Of a DNA stretch of 64,000 nt, positions 26,378 to 39,769 are shown one piece after another. A program made the translations under genes and the position numbers. The notes beneath the pieces were generated by a model. The model did not search any database, was not told where the DNA came from, and saw only the letters and a program-made list of their open reading frames with translations. The DNA lies in assembly GCF_001194135.2 (NCBI RefSeq), contig NC_068985.1, positions 32,293,300-32,357,299 of the forward strand. Direction: 5' to 3'. Positions within the stretch are counted from its first letter, which is position 1; the number at the start of each line of letters is the position of its first letter. Origin of the DNA: Octopus bimaculoides (lineage: Eukaryota).

Positions 26378-27135
26378 TGCAACATATGTGATATTTGTTC
26401 CTATAAGTTTTTGGAGAAAAGATTGTTGACTGATGAATTGTTAATCCAATTGTTAATCCAATCATGAGCTGAAAGGAAAATCCTATCAGTACAGTATTAC
26501 TTTTAGGTAAACTATTTTACTCTTCTTGTTTTATCAAACATAACTAGCAGAAAAGTGATTAGTGTTAGAGAAGATAAAAATTCAGATATTTTGCTGTAAT
26601 ATCTAAATTTCTAGAATTATCCAACATATGTAAGCCTGAAGAGTGAATAGCACCAGTAAAAAGCAATAAAATTTTATGAGAAATTTCCTCTTCCTCTTAC
26701 TGTTGTTGCTGGTGGTGATGTTGCTGCTACTACTCTGTTTAACAAGATTATAGGCCAGGAATCTCACACCATTTTACTTATATTAGTAATGTCTCAATAC
26801 AAGGCAAAACAATCAAAACTTCCCTTTACCTAACAAGTTACTTCCCTACTCTTAAAAATTCAAATATTTTAAATGTTTAATGACTAAATAGTTTTCTTAA
26901 TTCATTATACTGAAAACTAATATGTTCGCAATCTTGAGACACTGTAGTCAGCTTAATAGAATACTCCAAACAACACTTAAGTAAAGATTGCTTTGCATAA
27001 CACTTCCACTAATAATGTCATCCAATCCAGTATAAGAATAAAAAAAAATAATAAAATGCAATAAAAAAAATATATGAAAAATAATGAATTCTATGAGATA
27101 TGATAAATATCTCGAAAGAGAGCAAACAGTTACAC

Positions 27136-27166
<31 letters not shown>

Positions 27167-28660
27167 ATAGGCAGACTGGCAGGAAACCTGTGTGAAAAAT
27201 TTTTCTTGGGGCTATTCTTAGCTTACAGAAAGAAGAAGAGCATTTACTTTAGAAGCAACGGCCAGCAACCATCATTTAGTAGAATACTGAGTGCATTTTG
27301 ATAAAAGAAATCATATAGCTAAAATGCTTTCACTCAAATTACAAGAAACCAATGAGAATTAAAATGCTTACAGCAATTTTTTTTTAATGTCTGACTGCAC
27401 AATGCATACACATACATAGCTATACACCCATACATATAATAAATTAACAGAAAATATATTTCATTTGTGTTATCTAATCCAATATTAATCCAAGATAAAA
27501 GCCAATATTAGATAAAAATCAGTAACTAATTTAATAGAAAGTAAAAATGATTTAGCATTAGCATATTTATTTGTAGTTACAGTATTTAGAAATTACCAGC
27601 CACCTTGCAAGAAGCTAATCAATGAATGAATGTAACAAGTCTATTGAAGAATTGACAAGAACTGAAGCTAAAGATAGTACCTCAATCTACAAGGCTTAAA
27701 AGTAATGATCAAAAGCAATAGCCCTCATTTTTGTAAGATCTTTTTCATCATTAATCATCTTTTCAAGATATCACAGCTACAGTAGTGCTTCATGATTATT
27801 ATATTCAAGAAAAGAGAAGTTCAGTCCTAACATGATATCAGTATCAACATCATAGAGAATATAAATGACTGAATCAATAGAGTATCAGAGAATTGCCAGA
27901 CAGCTAGCCACTGAAATGGTTCAACCAACCTAAGGGTAGGAACAATTTGCCACTGTATGCAGAAGAACCAGTCAAATGAATGCATCATTAACTTGCAGTT
28001 TTGAGTTAAATTTCATGCATCAAAAGAGTTATCTACATGGTATCAAATGTAAGGTTAGAATTGTCTCTCACCCACTTAATGAAATAAAAACAGGTATTAA
28101 GCTTGTGTCCAGTGATCTGCAAAAGTCCTTAAAGGGAAATATCATGATATCATTAATGAGTCTTAATATCCAAAATAATTTTTCCTAATTTAAAAAAATT
28201 CCATTTAATGAAATGGAGAAGGCAGAGTATATATAGCCAAATGGTTAAAAAATTCAATTTGTAACTATGAGGTCCCAGGTTTGATCTAACTGTGTAGCAT
28301 CTTGGGTAAACATTTTCTATAGCCTCAAGTCAACCTTGAAAGTGAAACTAATCAGTCGACAGACACTATAAACATCTATCAGGTGCATCATACTTCTAAT
28401 TCAAAAGGTACAACTTTGTTATACACTGCTTGATTCTGATGAAGAACAATGTTAAGGGGACATGTGCCTGTGGAATGCTCAGCCACTTATGCATTAATTC
28501 AGTTTATCAAACAACCCAATCCTCGTTGTTGAATGGTGGAGATCTACCACCACCACCACCACCACCACCACCACCACCACTACCAATAAAATAAAATAAG
28601 ATTTGCTACAAGCAATCCATTAATCATAGTAGTCATAACAAGAAGGATTGAGTTCCAGAC

Positions 28661-28707
<47 letters not shown>

Positions 28708-29229
28708 GATTATAGGAAAATAGATGGAATGAATATACAAAATATAGATAAAAATGGATTTCAAACAGCTTTGGAAAAAATAGACATCATTGTTATAGAG
28801 AGGGTAATGTAAAAATAATAATAATAATAATAAAGTAACAGAGAAGAAAATGAGATGAAAGACAGATGAAATTAAGATGAAATGCTGATCAATGAAAAAA
28901 AGAAAGAGGAAAGGAAAGATAAGAGAGTGGAAAAGAAGGGGACAAAGAGGAGGAGAGAATCTTGACACAACTAATCAATATGATGATTTACAGAAAATAA
29001 AGCAGTCATAGATTGAGAAATACAATTGAGAGGCTGCATTAAACTTGAGGTGTCAGCAACTTAAGGAGCGAAAGCAAATTAATTTTGGGCAGTTATAGAT
29101 AAACTTATAAATTGAAAAGATAATTTAGAATTTGCCTTCAACTGTGATTAATTAAGATTTGAAATAAAATTAAGATTTGAAATTAAAATGTGTGTGTTTT
29201 TCTAATGGAAACTATGTGAAGGCCCATCA

Positions 29230-29414
29230 TCAGATATAGATATGTACACACACACACACTTTATGCATGATTATACAAAATAGCATACATACACACACAC
29301 ACATATACATACATATATCATGCCAGCATGGAAGACAGATATTAAATGATGACAATAATGACATACACACATGTATATATAATATACATATACTATATAC
29401 TTATATACACACAC

Positions 29415-29463
<49 letters not shown>

Positions 29464-29577
29464 CATACATACATTTACATACTCAAGCATATATGTAACA
29501 AGCTTCTGCATACATTATATACATATATATGTATAATACATAGGCACATACATAATACAATTGCACATATATATATG

Positions 29578-29623
<46 letters not shown>

Positions 29624-29726
29624 CACAAATACATACACACACACATGTATATACATAAATACACATATATATATGCACATATACATATGTAAATACACAC
29701 AAGCACACAAATATGCACATGCATGT

Positions 29727-29768
<42 letters not shown>

Positions 29769-29770
29769 CG
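29230..29770. repeat. Compound (AC)n/(AT)n/(ACAT)n low-complexity tract
   Basis: Directly visible. Confidence 0.9.
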
Positions 29771-30537
29771 ATAAATGTTGGCAGAAATGGTTTGCTGAAC
29801 AATAATACCTTATGGCCTTGTGACATATGATAACATTTTAGTCATGTCACTCTTCTGTTCTATCTAACAAAGTCAATTGAATAAGTAACAATGTACTGGT
29901 GTATATACAGTAAGTAAAACCATTAAAAATGGTGCTCTAGCATGGCTGTAACCTAATAACTAGAAAAAGAATATGTAAAATTCGACAAAAATTTTATTTT
30001 GTTTTCATTTCTACTTGCTATAATTGACACGTATTTCAAGCCTCACCAATCGTACACTTTAGTGTCATGAAGTAATCTTAATTTAGCATTGATCTGATCT
30101 TATGAAATTCAGAGCTGTTTTTATATTCACCATTCTCCACAATATTCTCCTTATTCCTTATCCATCTGCATTATTTCAAAAAAGGCCTCATCTCATACTC
30201 TGTAATTTAGATAACTTGTCTCTGAAAATGGCGTCCAAATATATTCAAAAAAACAAAATTTGGTTTTCATGATGCAGTAAAGGTAACCCATCTGAGTGAG
30301 AAGGTACTTTGAAGCAAAACTAATACAAGGTGGGAGAAACTGTCTTGTGAAAAAAAAAACAAAAAAAACCTTCAGTGTAAATGCCACTTTAATAAATACA
30401 CCATCCCTATTTAGCCAATGGTTGATGATAGGAAGAGCATCTATTCATAAATCCCAGCCAAATCAAGCATGCAAGGTAGCATGTTATTAAATGGTACAAG
30501 CTCAACAAAATTAGTTTTATGTTAATCCTAACTAACT

Positions 30538-30629
<92 letters not shown>

Positions 30630-31849
30630 TCAAAACAACTCATCACCCTCATTATGTCCCTCTTCCTAGACATCACATTAAAAAGCAAATCTTTTTCTGC
30701 ATCCCCAAATGACATCTTTCTTACTTAACAATATTCACTATTTTTCATCCCTACTTCTTTGATTACAAGCTAAGTATGCTAAAGTCTTTCCAAAACCTCA
30801 AATTCTTTAGTCAACTATTTGGACCTTTACCAGTTTTATACAGATTAACACTGGCAACAAACAAGTTTCTATCATAACCCTCTCAAAAATATATTCAGCA
30901 TAACCTTTCTATATGTGAGACAAAAAAAAAACATTCTCACTCATTATATTGCCAACTGCAATCATGCATCATCTTCTTTGCCAAATGTATCTTCACCATC
31001 TTCAGACATTTATATCTTATGCTACTCTATTAGCAGTTCTTTTACACATCACGATTTGCTATGTTTAGCACCCAATCTACTTACAACTCATCTCAACATA
31101 AACAAGTTCATATTTTTCAGTCACCTCTTAATTCCATTAGCTACAAATTCATCAAATTTTCATTTCCTTAGCTCACTATAAAAATTTACAAGCACAGATG
31201 GCATCCAAGCAACTAAATTTAAGTAAAGCTTCATTCACTCTTATATCATCAAATAGCTATATAGCTTGTCTACTAAAAATCAAAAGACAAAAAACTCCCA
31301 TCAGATCCTGTCAGCCAGGTCAGAGGGATAATTATAAACAATTTTCTAATTCAACACAAAACAACTTTATAGCTGTTATATGGACTGTTAGATATGTAAT
31401 TCGTCTGACGTTCCGTGTGNNNNNNNNNNNNNNNNNNNNNNNNNNNNNNNNNNNNNNNNNNNNNNNNNNNNNNNNNNNNNNNNNNNNNNNNNNNNNNNNN
31501 NNNNNNNNNNNNNNNNNNNACACCACAACTGATGCTTCTAATGTTCAGCTTTTCTCTCAAGATACTTAATATATATATATATACATATAGATATATACAT
31601 ATATACATGTACACATATACCCATGTATGTGTACACATATACCCATATACATTCTTTGGTTTCAGTCATCTGAATGTGGCCATGCAGGAGCACTGCCTTT
31701 AGTTGAGTGAATCTACCAAATCCATTAACAAGGCTGTGGTTGGCCCAATGCTATAGTAGAAGACACTTGCCTAAGTAGCCAGGCAGTGGGACTGAACTCA
31801 GAACCATGTGGTTGGTTAGCAAGCTACTTACCACACAGCCACTCCTATA

Positions 31850-33010
31850 CCTCTACATGTACACATAGACATGTACACATATACACGTACACATACACAT
31901 ACGTGCACATACACATGTATACACGTAGATACGTACATGTGTAAACGTACACACATACACACTACATATGTACACATACACATGTATACACGTAGATACG
32001 TACATGTGTAAACGTACACACATACACACGTACATATGTACACATACACATATACACCTGCACGTATACACATGTACGTATGTACATATACATGTACATA
32101 CANNNNNNNNNNNNNNNNNNNNNNNNNNNNNNNNNNNNNNNNNNNNNNNNNNNNNNNNNNNNNNNNNNNNNNNNNNNNNNNNNNNNNNNNNNNNNNNNNN
32201 NNNNNNNNNNNNNNNNNNNNNNNNNNNNNNNNNNNNNNNNNNNNNNNNNNNNNNNNNNNNNNNNNNNNNNNNNNNNNNNNNNNNNNNNNNNNNNNNNNNN
32301 NNNNNNNNNNNNNNNNNNNNNNNNNNNNNNNNNNNNNNNNNNNNNNNNNNNNNNNNNNNNNNNNNNNNNNNNNNNNNNNNNNNNNNNNNNNNNNNNNNNN
32401 NNNNNNNNNNNNNNNNNNNNNNNNNNNAGACACACATACATGTACATAGACACACATACATGTACATAGACACACATACATGTACATAGACACACATACA
32501 TGTACATAGACACACATACATGTACATAGACACACATACATATACACACACACATGTACATATACACACACACATGTACATATACACACACACATGTACA
32601 TATACACGCACACATGTACATATACACACACACACATGTACATACACACACACACATGTACATATACACACACACATGTACATACACACATATACATGTA
32701 TACACATACATACATACACACACACACATGTACATATACACACACACATGTACATACACACATATACATGTATACACATACATACATACGTGACAGATAA
32801 ATATATATACGTGCATACACACAAATATTTAAATAAAATAAATATATATATACATAATTATGTATGTATGTATACATGTATATATGTATGTATATATGTA
32901 AATACATATATATACATATATGTACGAACATGTGCGTGTGTTTGTGTGTGTGTGTATAAATATACATATCCACGCGTATACTTGTTTATGTGTATCTATA
33001 TATGAGTGTT
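31850..33010. repeat. Purine-pyrimidine alternating minisatellite (20-bp GACACACATACATGTACATA and ~18-bp variants), interrupted by an N-gap
   Basis: Tandem units are visible at 32429-32540 and 32540-32790. They account for the V/C/Y/M-rich spurious ORFs. Confidence 0.92.
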
Positions 33011-33189
33011 TCAATGTATGCACACATACTTATGACTATATAGAAGACAAAGAAAAGGAAGAGAGTTTATGAAAGGTAGGAGATATGACAAATTTAATGT
33101 TAAGTCACATATATCCATTTGACTTTTGATGTGACTAGGATTATATGAACTGAACCGATTGTAGTAATTTATTACTTCAGCATTTAAAA

Positions 33190-35010
33190 GACAATCTGTG
33201 GAAGATGCTGACTTTCAATTTTAGCTTAATGCATAGTACAATTACAAGTATGATGACAACATCGTTCTGACATAAAAGATGAACTTGTATTCAATATGCA
33301 TCGATGAATTAATTAGGACGACCGAAATTTGAACTTGAATTTAATGAACTGATCCGTTAAAATTTCTCAGTGAAAAGTGAATCGTGGATACTAATAGGGT
33401 TTGAATGCATATAGAAGTGTAAATATATAAGCGCATATAAATTATTTGTTATTGTTGTTAGTGCTGTGTGTAAGTACGCTCATCAATGAATTTACGAGTT
33501 CAAAGTTTACGTTATATATTCTTTTTCATTCACTTATGTCAACAGATTACATAACATAGGAATTACTTTAAGATACAGGACATTAGATGTATGGAAGAGG
33601 AAAAAATTCCGTACTTACTGTCAAGCAGTTCTATAAGCTCATCGTCAACTTCGCTATCTGTAGCTTCCAAAGCAGAAGTCGGAACGGTCAAAAGATGTTC
33701 CAACGACCCAGCACCACCACCGCATGCTGCAACATCAGAGTGGGTTATTCCCGACGCTGTATCTGTCAGGACATTATGAGAAGCAGATTCTCCCGTAATA
33801 TTCTTGCTGAGATTTGCTCTATCAGTGCAGGCTCCTGTACTTTCAGGTTTGTCAGTGTCTGATGTGGAAGAGGCGTCTGGTCGACTTGAATCACCTATCG
33901 ACGACATTTTGCAGTAGCACTGCTCCAACGCAGGCTGTTGTCAGTGCTCTGCCCTTAACACTATCTCTTTCTTCATAGAGGGCGTAATGATACTAAGTTT
34001 CGAAACGTTTATTTGTCGAAATGTTCCCCTGTTGGGAATTTTAGAAAGAAAATATTTGTATTTTTATTCAGGGTATTCTGTATTTTTTGGTTTTTTAAAC
34101 ATAAAAAGGCGTATATCTATTACATTAATTATAACAGTATAAAACAAAATAGTTTAAGTTATCCGTACATTTGCTAAATCTTTCGTCACAAACTATATCA
34201 CATATTCAACGAAATTACGCTCTATAAGAAACAAAAAAAATGATATAATTTCCCAGCATTATATCACATTCTGCTTACTAATCATATCTTTATATTGTGA
34301 TTTACATAAAAGGCCTCATAAAATATGTTCAACTTTCTAATAATCAAAGTAAACGTTTATTTCCCATGACCTTTGCAAGCCCTACCTGGTGCGTGAGATC
34401 ATTGTTGCTGTTCAGTTTAAACATGTATAGCTATATTATCTCTAACTATATTTTTCCCCAAAAGATTAAAGGTCAGCAACTCATACTTACAATAAAACCC
34501 TAAATAAAAATTGGCTAAGTTAATCATATCTACTTCTTTCTCCACAACGGGAAAAATAATTTGAAAGTACATTCAGATATTACTCAAAAGCTCTATAGAA
34601 TTGGGTTGCTTATTAATATCCTGCTTCTTTCAAACAATTGCTAAGCAAGTTCAGAAATGAGAGATTTTAGTGCAGTTGATTAGGTCAACACTGCAAAGTG
34701 AATCTCGAATATACAGCGAAGTATGAAATATTGTTATTTGAATCTGGAACATTGAAAATTGTCTTTTATCTCGTTGTGATTGCTATTGGGCTAATGGGTA
34801 ACTCTTTGTCTAACGTCTTATTGATTTGATCAGCTTTTCCTTTGGGGAATAACTTCCAAAGTACAAAATCAGCCCTGGGTAAACTGCAACCTGCAGCACT
34901 TTCTGATTGGTACACCTAACGAAAACTTACCTAGATTTTTTTTTTTTTTTTAGTTGTGCGGCTCGTCTGATGATGAACGGTGTCTTATGAGGCCCTCTTC
35001 TCGAAAAAGG
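33190..35010. promoter_or_regulatory. CpG-retaining region around the PEX19 5' end (probable promoter/leader)
   Basis: CG dinucleotides are visibly frequent here compared with the CpG-depleted flanks. The region encloses the PEX19 start codon. Confidence 0.5.
33619..33907 (-). CDS. PEX19: PEX19 coding exon 1 (MSSIGDSSRP...EVDDELIELLD-S)
   Basis: ATG in gcaaaATG context at 33907. The exon ends GACA|GTAAGT (phase 1) inside the Pex3-binding helix motif, which is completed by exon 2. Confidence 0.88.
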
Positions 35011-36154
35011 TTGACCATGTCTACTAAATCTTTTATCTTGGTAGAACCTATGATTTTTCATACTTTGTTTTTGATATATAATCTATTGGAGAACCCTGAC
35101 ATTTGTGTGTTATTTTATTGAAATTTCATTTCTAATTAGTTACTGGTAATTTCTTGAAGAAAGGGCTTAGGATCTTAAAATACAACACAGTTTATACCAG
35201 AATTTGAAATCTTCCTTTGTCCATTACAGAATTGTTATATAAGCTTTTAATAAACAATGTTTTGAATACAGCAATTTTAACAGACTAGAACATATACTAG
35301 ATATCAAGGATAAAATTACAGATGTGACAAGTTTGACTTATTGAATTTTAATGACACTTTTCCCTTGATAAATCAAAAATCACTGCCATAGGGTCTAACA
35401 TATTCCAATCAATAATTACTGTTGAAGTTTTGTACCATTTTTACCATGTACAGATGAATATGAAGTTTTTATTGGACTTGCATCTATTAGTCTGAAGTAC
35501 ATGACTCAGTTCTAAATTAGTGTTAGAAATTTTTTATTTTAGGAATTTCAGTTTTTCAGTTATTTAAAAATTTGAATGTTCTTACCTTTCAATTTTCTTG
35601 TAAAATGATGTAGGCAAATATTTACAAAATTGCAAGAATGTTATGCATGTTATTTTGAATTTCAGCTTGTGCTGTTTATTTTAAAATTGCATACAAAGCA
35701 TTGTAATATATGAAAAATTGACATATGTATGTTAATTTTTAGAGCAAAGGTTTTGTCATCAGATATATGTCATAAGAGGTTCCTAGATGGTTTTTGCAGT
35801 TTTCATATTCTGTCATTGGTTTGGCATTGTACCTCTTAACTCTCTCTTAGTCCACTTTTCTGAAAATTTAATAGGAAACACAATCCACAAGGATACTGTA
35901 AAGTTGCCACCAAATCTTTACCTACCTGAGGAATATACAATAAAATTCACTCCTGCATATTCTCTCCAAGAAAACCAGGAACTAGTTTCGAAAGCCAAAT
36001 CTTCATTCAGTCTTCTATAAAGTAGATAAATACTACTCACCTGGACAAGGGAACACCATGAATTTGTAATCTAATTTCAATTTCTAGTTGTAGCCATTTC
36101 ACCTCCTGTACAAGTAAATCTTACTTAAATATTCAGTTATTCTATTTTTCTCTA

Positions 36155-36371
36155 TGAAGGGGCACTGAAAAGTTCCTGGCTTTGGGTAAAAGAAAATACA
36201 GGAGGATCAGTTAATTATGATTTTATTCAACATATTCCCCTCTCAGATTCACACACTTATTGCAGCAGTCCTTCAAATTTTGAAAGCCCAGCAAAAGAAT
36301 TCAGATGGTTGGGCTACCAACTAGGCCTTTCACAATACCCTTAAAGCCAGAAGCTTTTCAGAACCTCCTCA
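36155..36371. mobile_element. Mariner-type MITE (217 bp)
   Basis: Imperfect ~29-bp TIRs (TGAAGGGGCACTGAAAAGTTCCTGGCTTT and AAAGCCAGAAGCTTTTCAGAACCTCCTCA) with TA on both sides. Confidence 0.75.
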
Positions 36372-37617
36372 TAATTAATTTGAAAATTTTTGCTTGTCAC
36401 AAATCTAAGTTATCAAAATGTTCAAAAAGTCTGAAACAAACTATAATTCTAGTTATAATTTCCCAAAATAATACTTAATCCAAAAGCAAAAATACTTTTA
36501 ATCTTCAAGCTAACAACTCTTATAATAAAAGTCAAACTAAACATTTAAAGTAGATTCTTGAACTTGTTAATGGTGACTCTGGTCTTTAACAGAACTTTTT
36601 TTTTAATTGAAGTATAATGGCAAACTTGATTTACATTAACTTTTCCTATTGAGTTTTATAAAAAAAAAATAAAGAAAAAAATTATAAAAGTAAGGTAAGA
36701 GCATGTAAAGACTAACAGAAAGTATACTATATCACCCAATATGAAATATATAATTGAAATAAATTTTCAGTGTTTTGCATGATACTAGAGACGGGGAAAT
36801 GGAAGTATATTACTGTAGCATGACAAGAAATATCACATCAAGCAAAGCTTTTGAAGGCTTTTCCACATGGTCTCCATTTTTCATTCAAAAACAGTTGATT
36901 CATCATCACCATTTAACATCCATGTTCCATGCTGGTACAGATTGGACGATTTGACAGAATCAATGGGCCTAAGGACTGCATCCATTGTCTGCTTTGACAT
37001 GGTTTCTATGGTTGGATACCTTTCCTAATGCCAGCCACTTTACAGTGTGTACTGGGTGCTTTTTTCATGCCATCAGCACTAGTGTTGCTGTCATGCAGTT
37101 AGCAAAACTACAAACTCAGAGGAAGAAACTTTATGTTTGGAGATGAGAGGGCAAAAGATGGATAAAAGTACAAGGGAATGGGCCAAAACAGAAATAAGTT
37201 TCTTGCTATAGAGGAGCTACATAACTACTCATATTTTAGAAGAAAGGATGGGAGTAATCAAGTGGAGCCAGAGTGTAATGAGGTGCAGTAGATGACTGAC
37301 AGCGCTGAGCAGCAGAACAGTAAAAATAAAACAGTAGACAGGAGGATGAGAGAAGCATGATGTTAGGTAGGGTGCAGGAGTGGGTGGGAAAGAAAGAAGT
37401 GGCTATAGCGCTTGAGGAGGGTGAGAGATGTGGTAGGGGAGAAAGTTGTTAAGTAGGAGTGTTAGTGGAGATAACATTATTAATGGATGAAGAGAGGATA
37501 GCAAGTGAAATAGTCCTGCACAGTAAAAAAGTAAGAGGTATAAAGAAAGAGCTGCATTTAGGGAGGTGGTGAGTGAAGAGTGTCTTGAGGTGGAAGGGAA
37601 TTGAGTGATGAGCCCAG

Positions 37618-37685
<68 letters not shown>

Positions 37686-39642
37686 ATGCTGTTTGACCAG
37701 AACTTCGTTTTGGCCAAGGTGGACAAGTTGTCTTCAGAACTACATATCACTAATCAGTTCTGTTATTTGCCCTCACCATCCATGAGGTTCAAGGTTCAGA
37801 GATCAACCTTCAGCACTTCATCCCATATCTTTCTAGGTCTCCCTCTCCTACAAGGTCTATCCACATAAAGTGATCAGCACAAAATAAAAGATTTTTTTAA
37901 GCTTTAAAATAGTACACCAATTTTTGTGTGAAATAAGTGGAAAGAGCATGTTATTGAAGTAGAGTGACAATTGAAAGCAAAAAGTGAAGGATTTTTGTTG
38001 GCAGATTATCATTTTTGCTCTCATGTAAAAATATGTGCATTTTTCAGAAGTTATCTAAATGAAAGGAAATGTGATTGTATCCTAAATAGAAGAAATATGC
38101 CAAGGGCCAGAAGTGATATGCTGATGTAGAACAAATGAAAATAGCAATAATGTAAGAAATAATATATGTTTACTTATCCATACTTTAGTCAGACACTCCT
38201 AGCAAGAAAAACCTACAGTTGGAGCCAGCCAAGCATTTGGGCATCCATTAAAACTGCCCTACACCTAAATCAAGGGAATTTACATGGGTAACTGCATATT
38301 CATATACAAACAGCTTATCTTGGAGACCCCTTCAGTCATGAATGACCATGGAATTGCACCTAGAAAGTTACCCTCCGAGGCACAAATCCGGGCAAGGTTG
38401 TTTGTGAAAGGCCAGCAGTCACTTATGCATACCAGGTCTATCAGACTTTCAAAGAGGTCGAATTGTTGGTACATATATGGCAGGCACTAGCCTAACAAAA
38501 ACATTGAATGGCACTGCCCCCTCATTATATAATGGGGCACCCTCAGATTTAGAAAATACAGTTTACATAAATCTTTCTGCAATATGTTTCTTGAAGCCTG
38601 ACTGACTTTTCTTCTTAAACCAGAATGAAAAATAATTTTAAAACAATAAACCAGATGAACCAAAGAGACTGGTCAAAAATTCCCCAGGGAAATAATAAAA
38701 TAGAGGAAGAAGTGATATTGAATGAAAAAAAAAAAGGAAAGCAAAACAAAAAACATCAATGACAACACACACACACACAAACAAGCATATATATTTTTTT
38801 ATTCTCTTACAATTTATCAATACTGCTTCTGATCCCATCTACACAAACACCTGTTCTTTATTTAACCTAGACCCTAACTAAATCCTGATCCTAACCTTAA
38901 AACCTTAAATCATACATCTTAACAAGTTACATTTTGATACATCTTTTGAAACAGAGGAGAGTCGGGAAGGCAAAAATGGAAAGCATCTTCGTGTTATCAG
39001 CATCTCTGATATTTAAAACAATTCTGAAAGAATGGTCGTAAAAGGTCAAAAATGAAAAAGTTGCTTGTGTATGAGGGAGAGGAGTAGGATGAAGTGGAGG
39101 AAGAAGAAAAGGAGGGGAGTGGCTTTAAAAAAGTTGAAATTTTGGAAAACTGTTTTTATTGGTATTTTCATCAATCATTAAAACACAATTTTTTTTTTTT
39201 ATCATAGTTTTAAAATACTGACAGTCTGAATCAGTCATATGTTTCTGCTAATAATTCCAAAATAATTTTTGAAATCATTCAAAATCCAAATTCAAAAAAT
39301 TCAAAAAAACTTGCACTTGCATATGGTTTGTTATTGATTCTGGATCAAAGCACAGCATATAACTGTTCAGAACTTTTCTTGGTTTTTGGTATTTTCAGAA
39401 AATTTTTTTGTGAATTTATATGTTCTACAAACTATCTCATAAGATTACGATTAAAATTTTTTCATCCCACCCTATAAATCTTTACAAATGCTCAAATTAG
39501 ACTTAACCCATATGGACTACAAAGGTTTTGGAAAGATTGCTGGGATTTATCCATAGTGGTTTTAAAAGCATATGTGAAAATCATTTTGATAGTACACTTT
39601 TCTGTTGTTAAATATGATTTTCCTTACATGCATACACACACA

Positions 39643-39696
<54 letters not shown>

Positions 39697-39769
39697 CACT
39701 TGGTGCAGTGGGTGAGTTAAATTACAAAAAAAGGTCTATTTTTTATTTAAATTCTAGCAATGGACTACC

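Noticed and set aside
34971-35099. Possible C/D-box snoRNA (ATGATGA...CTGA); a similar pattern near 21652-21712
   Set aside because: No terminal stem and no recognisable rRNA antisense element. The boxes are expected by chance.
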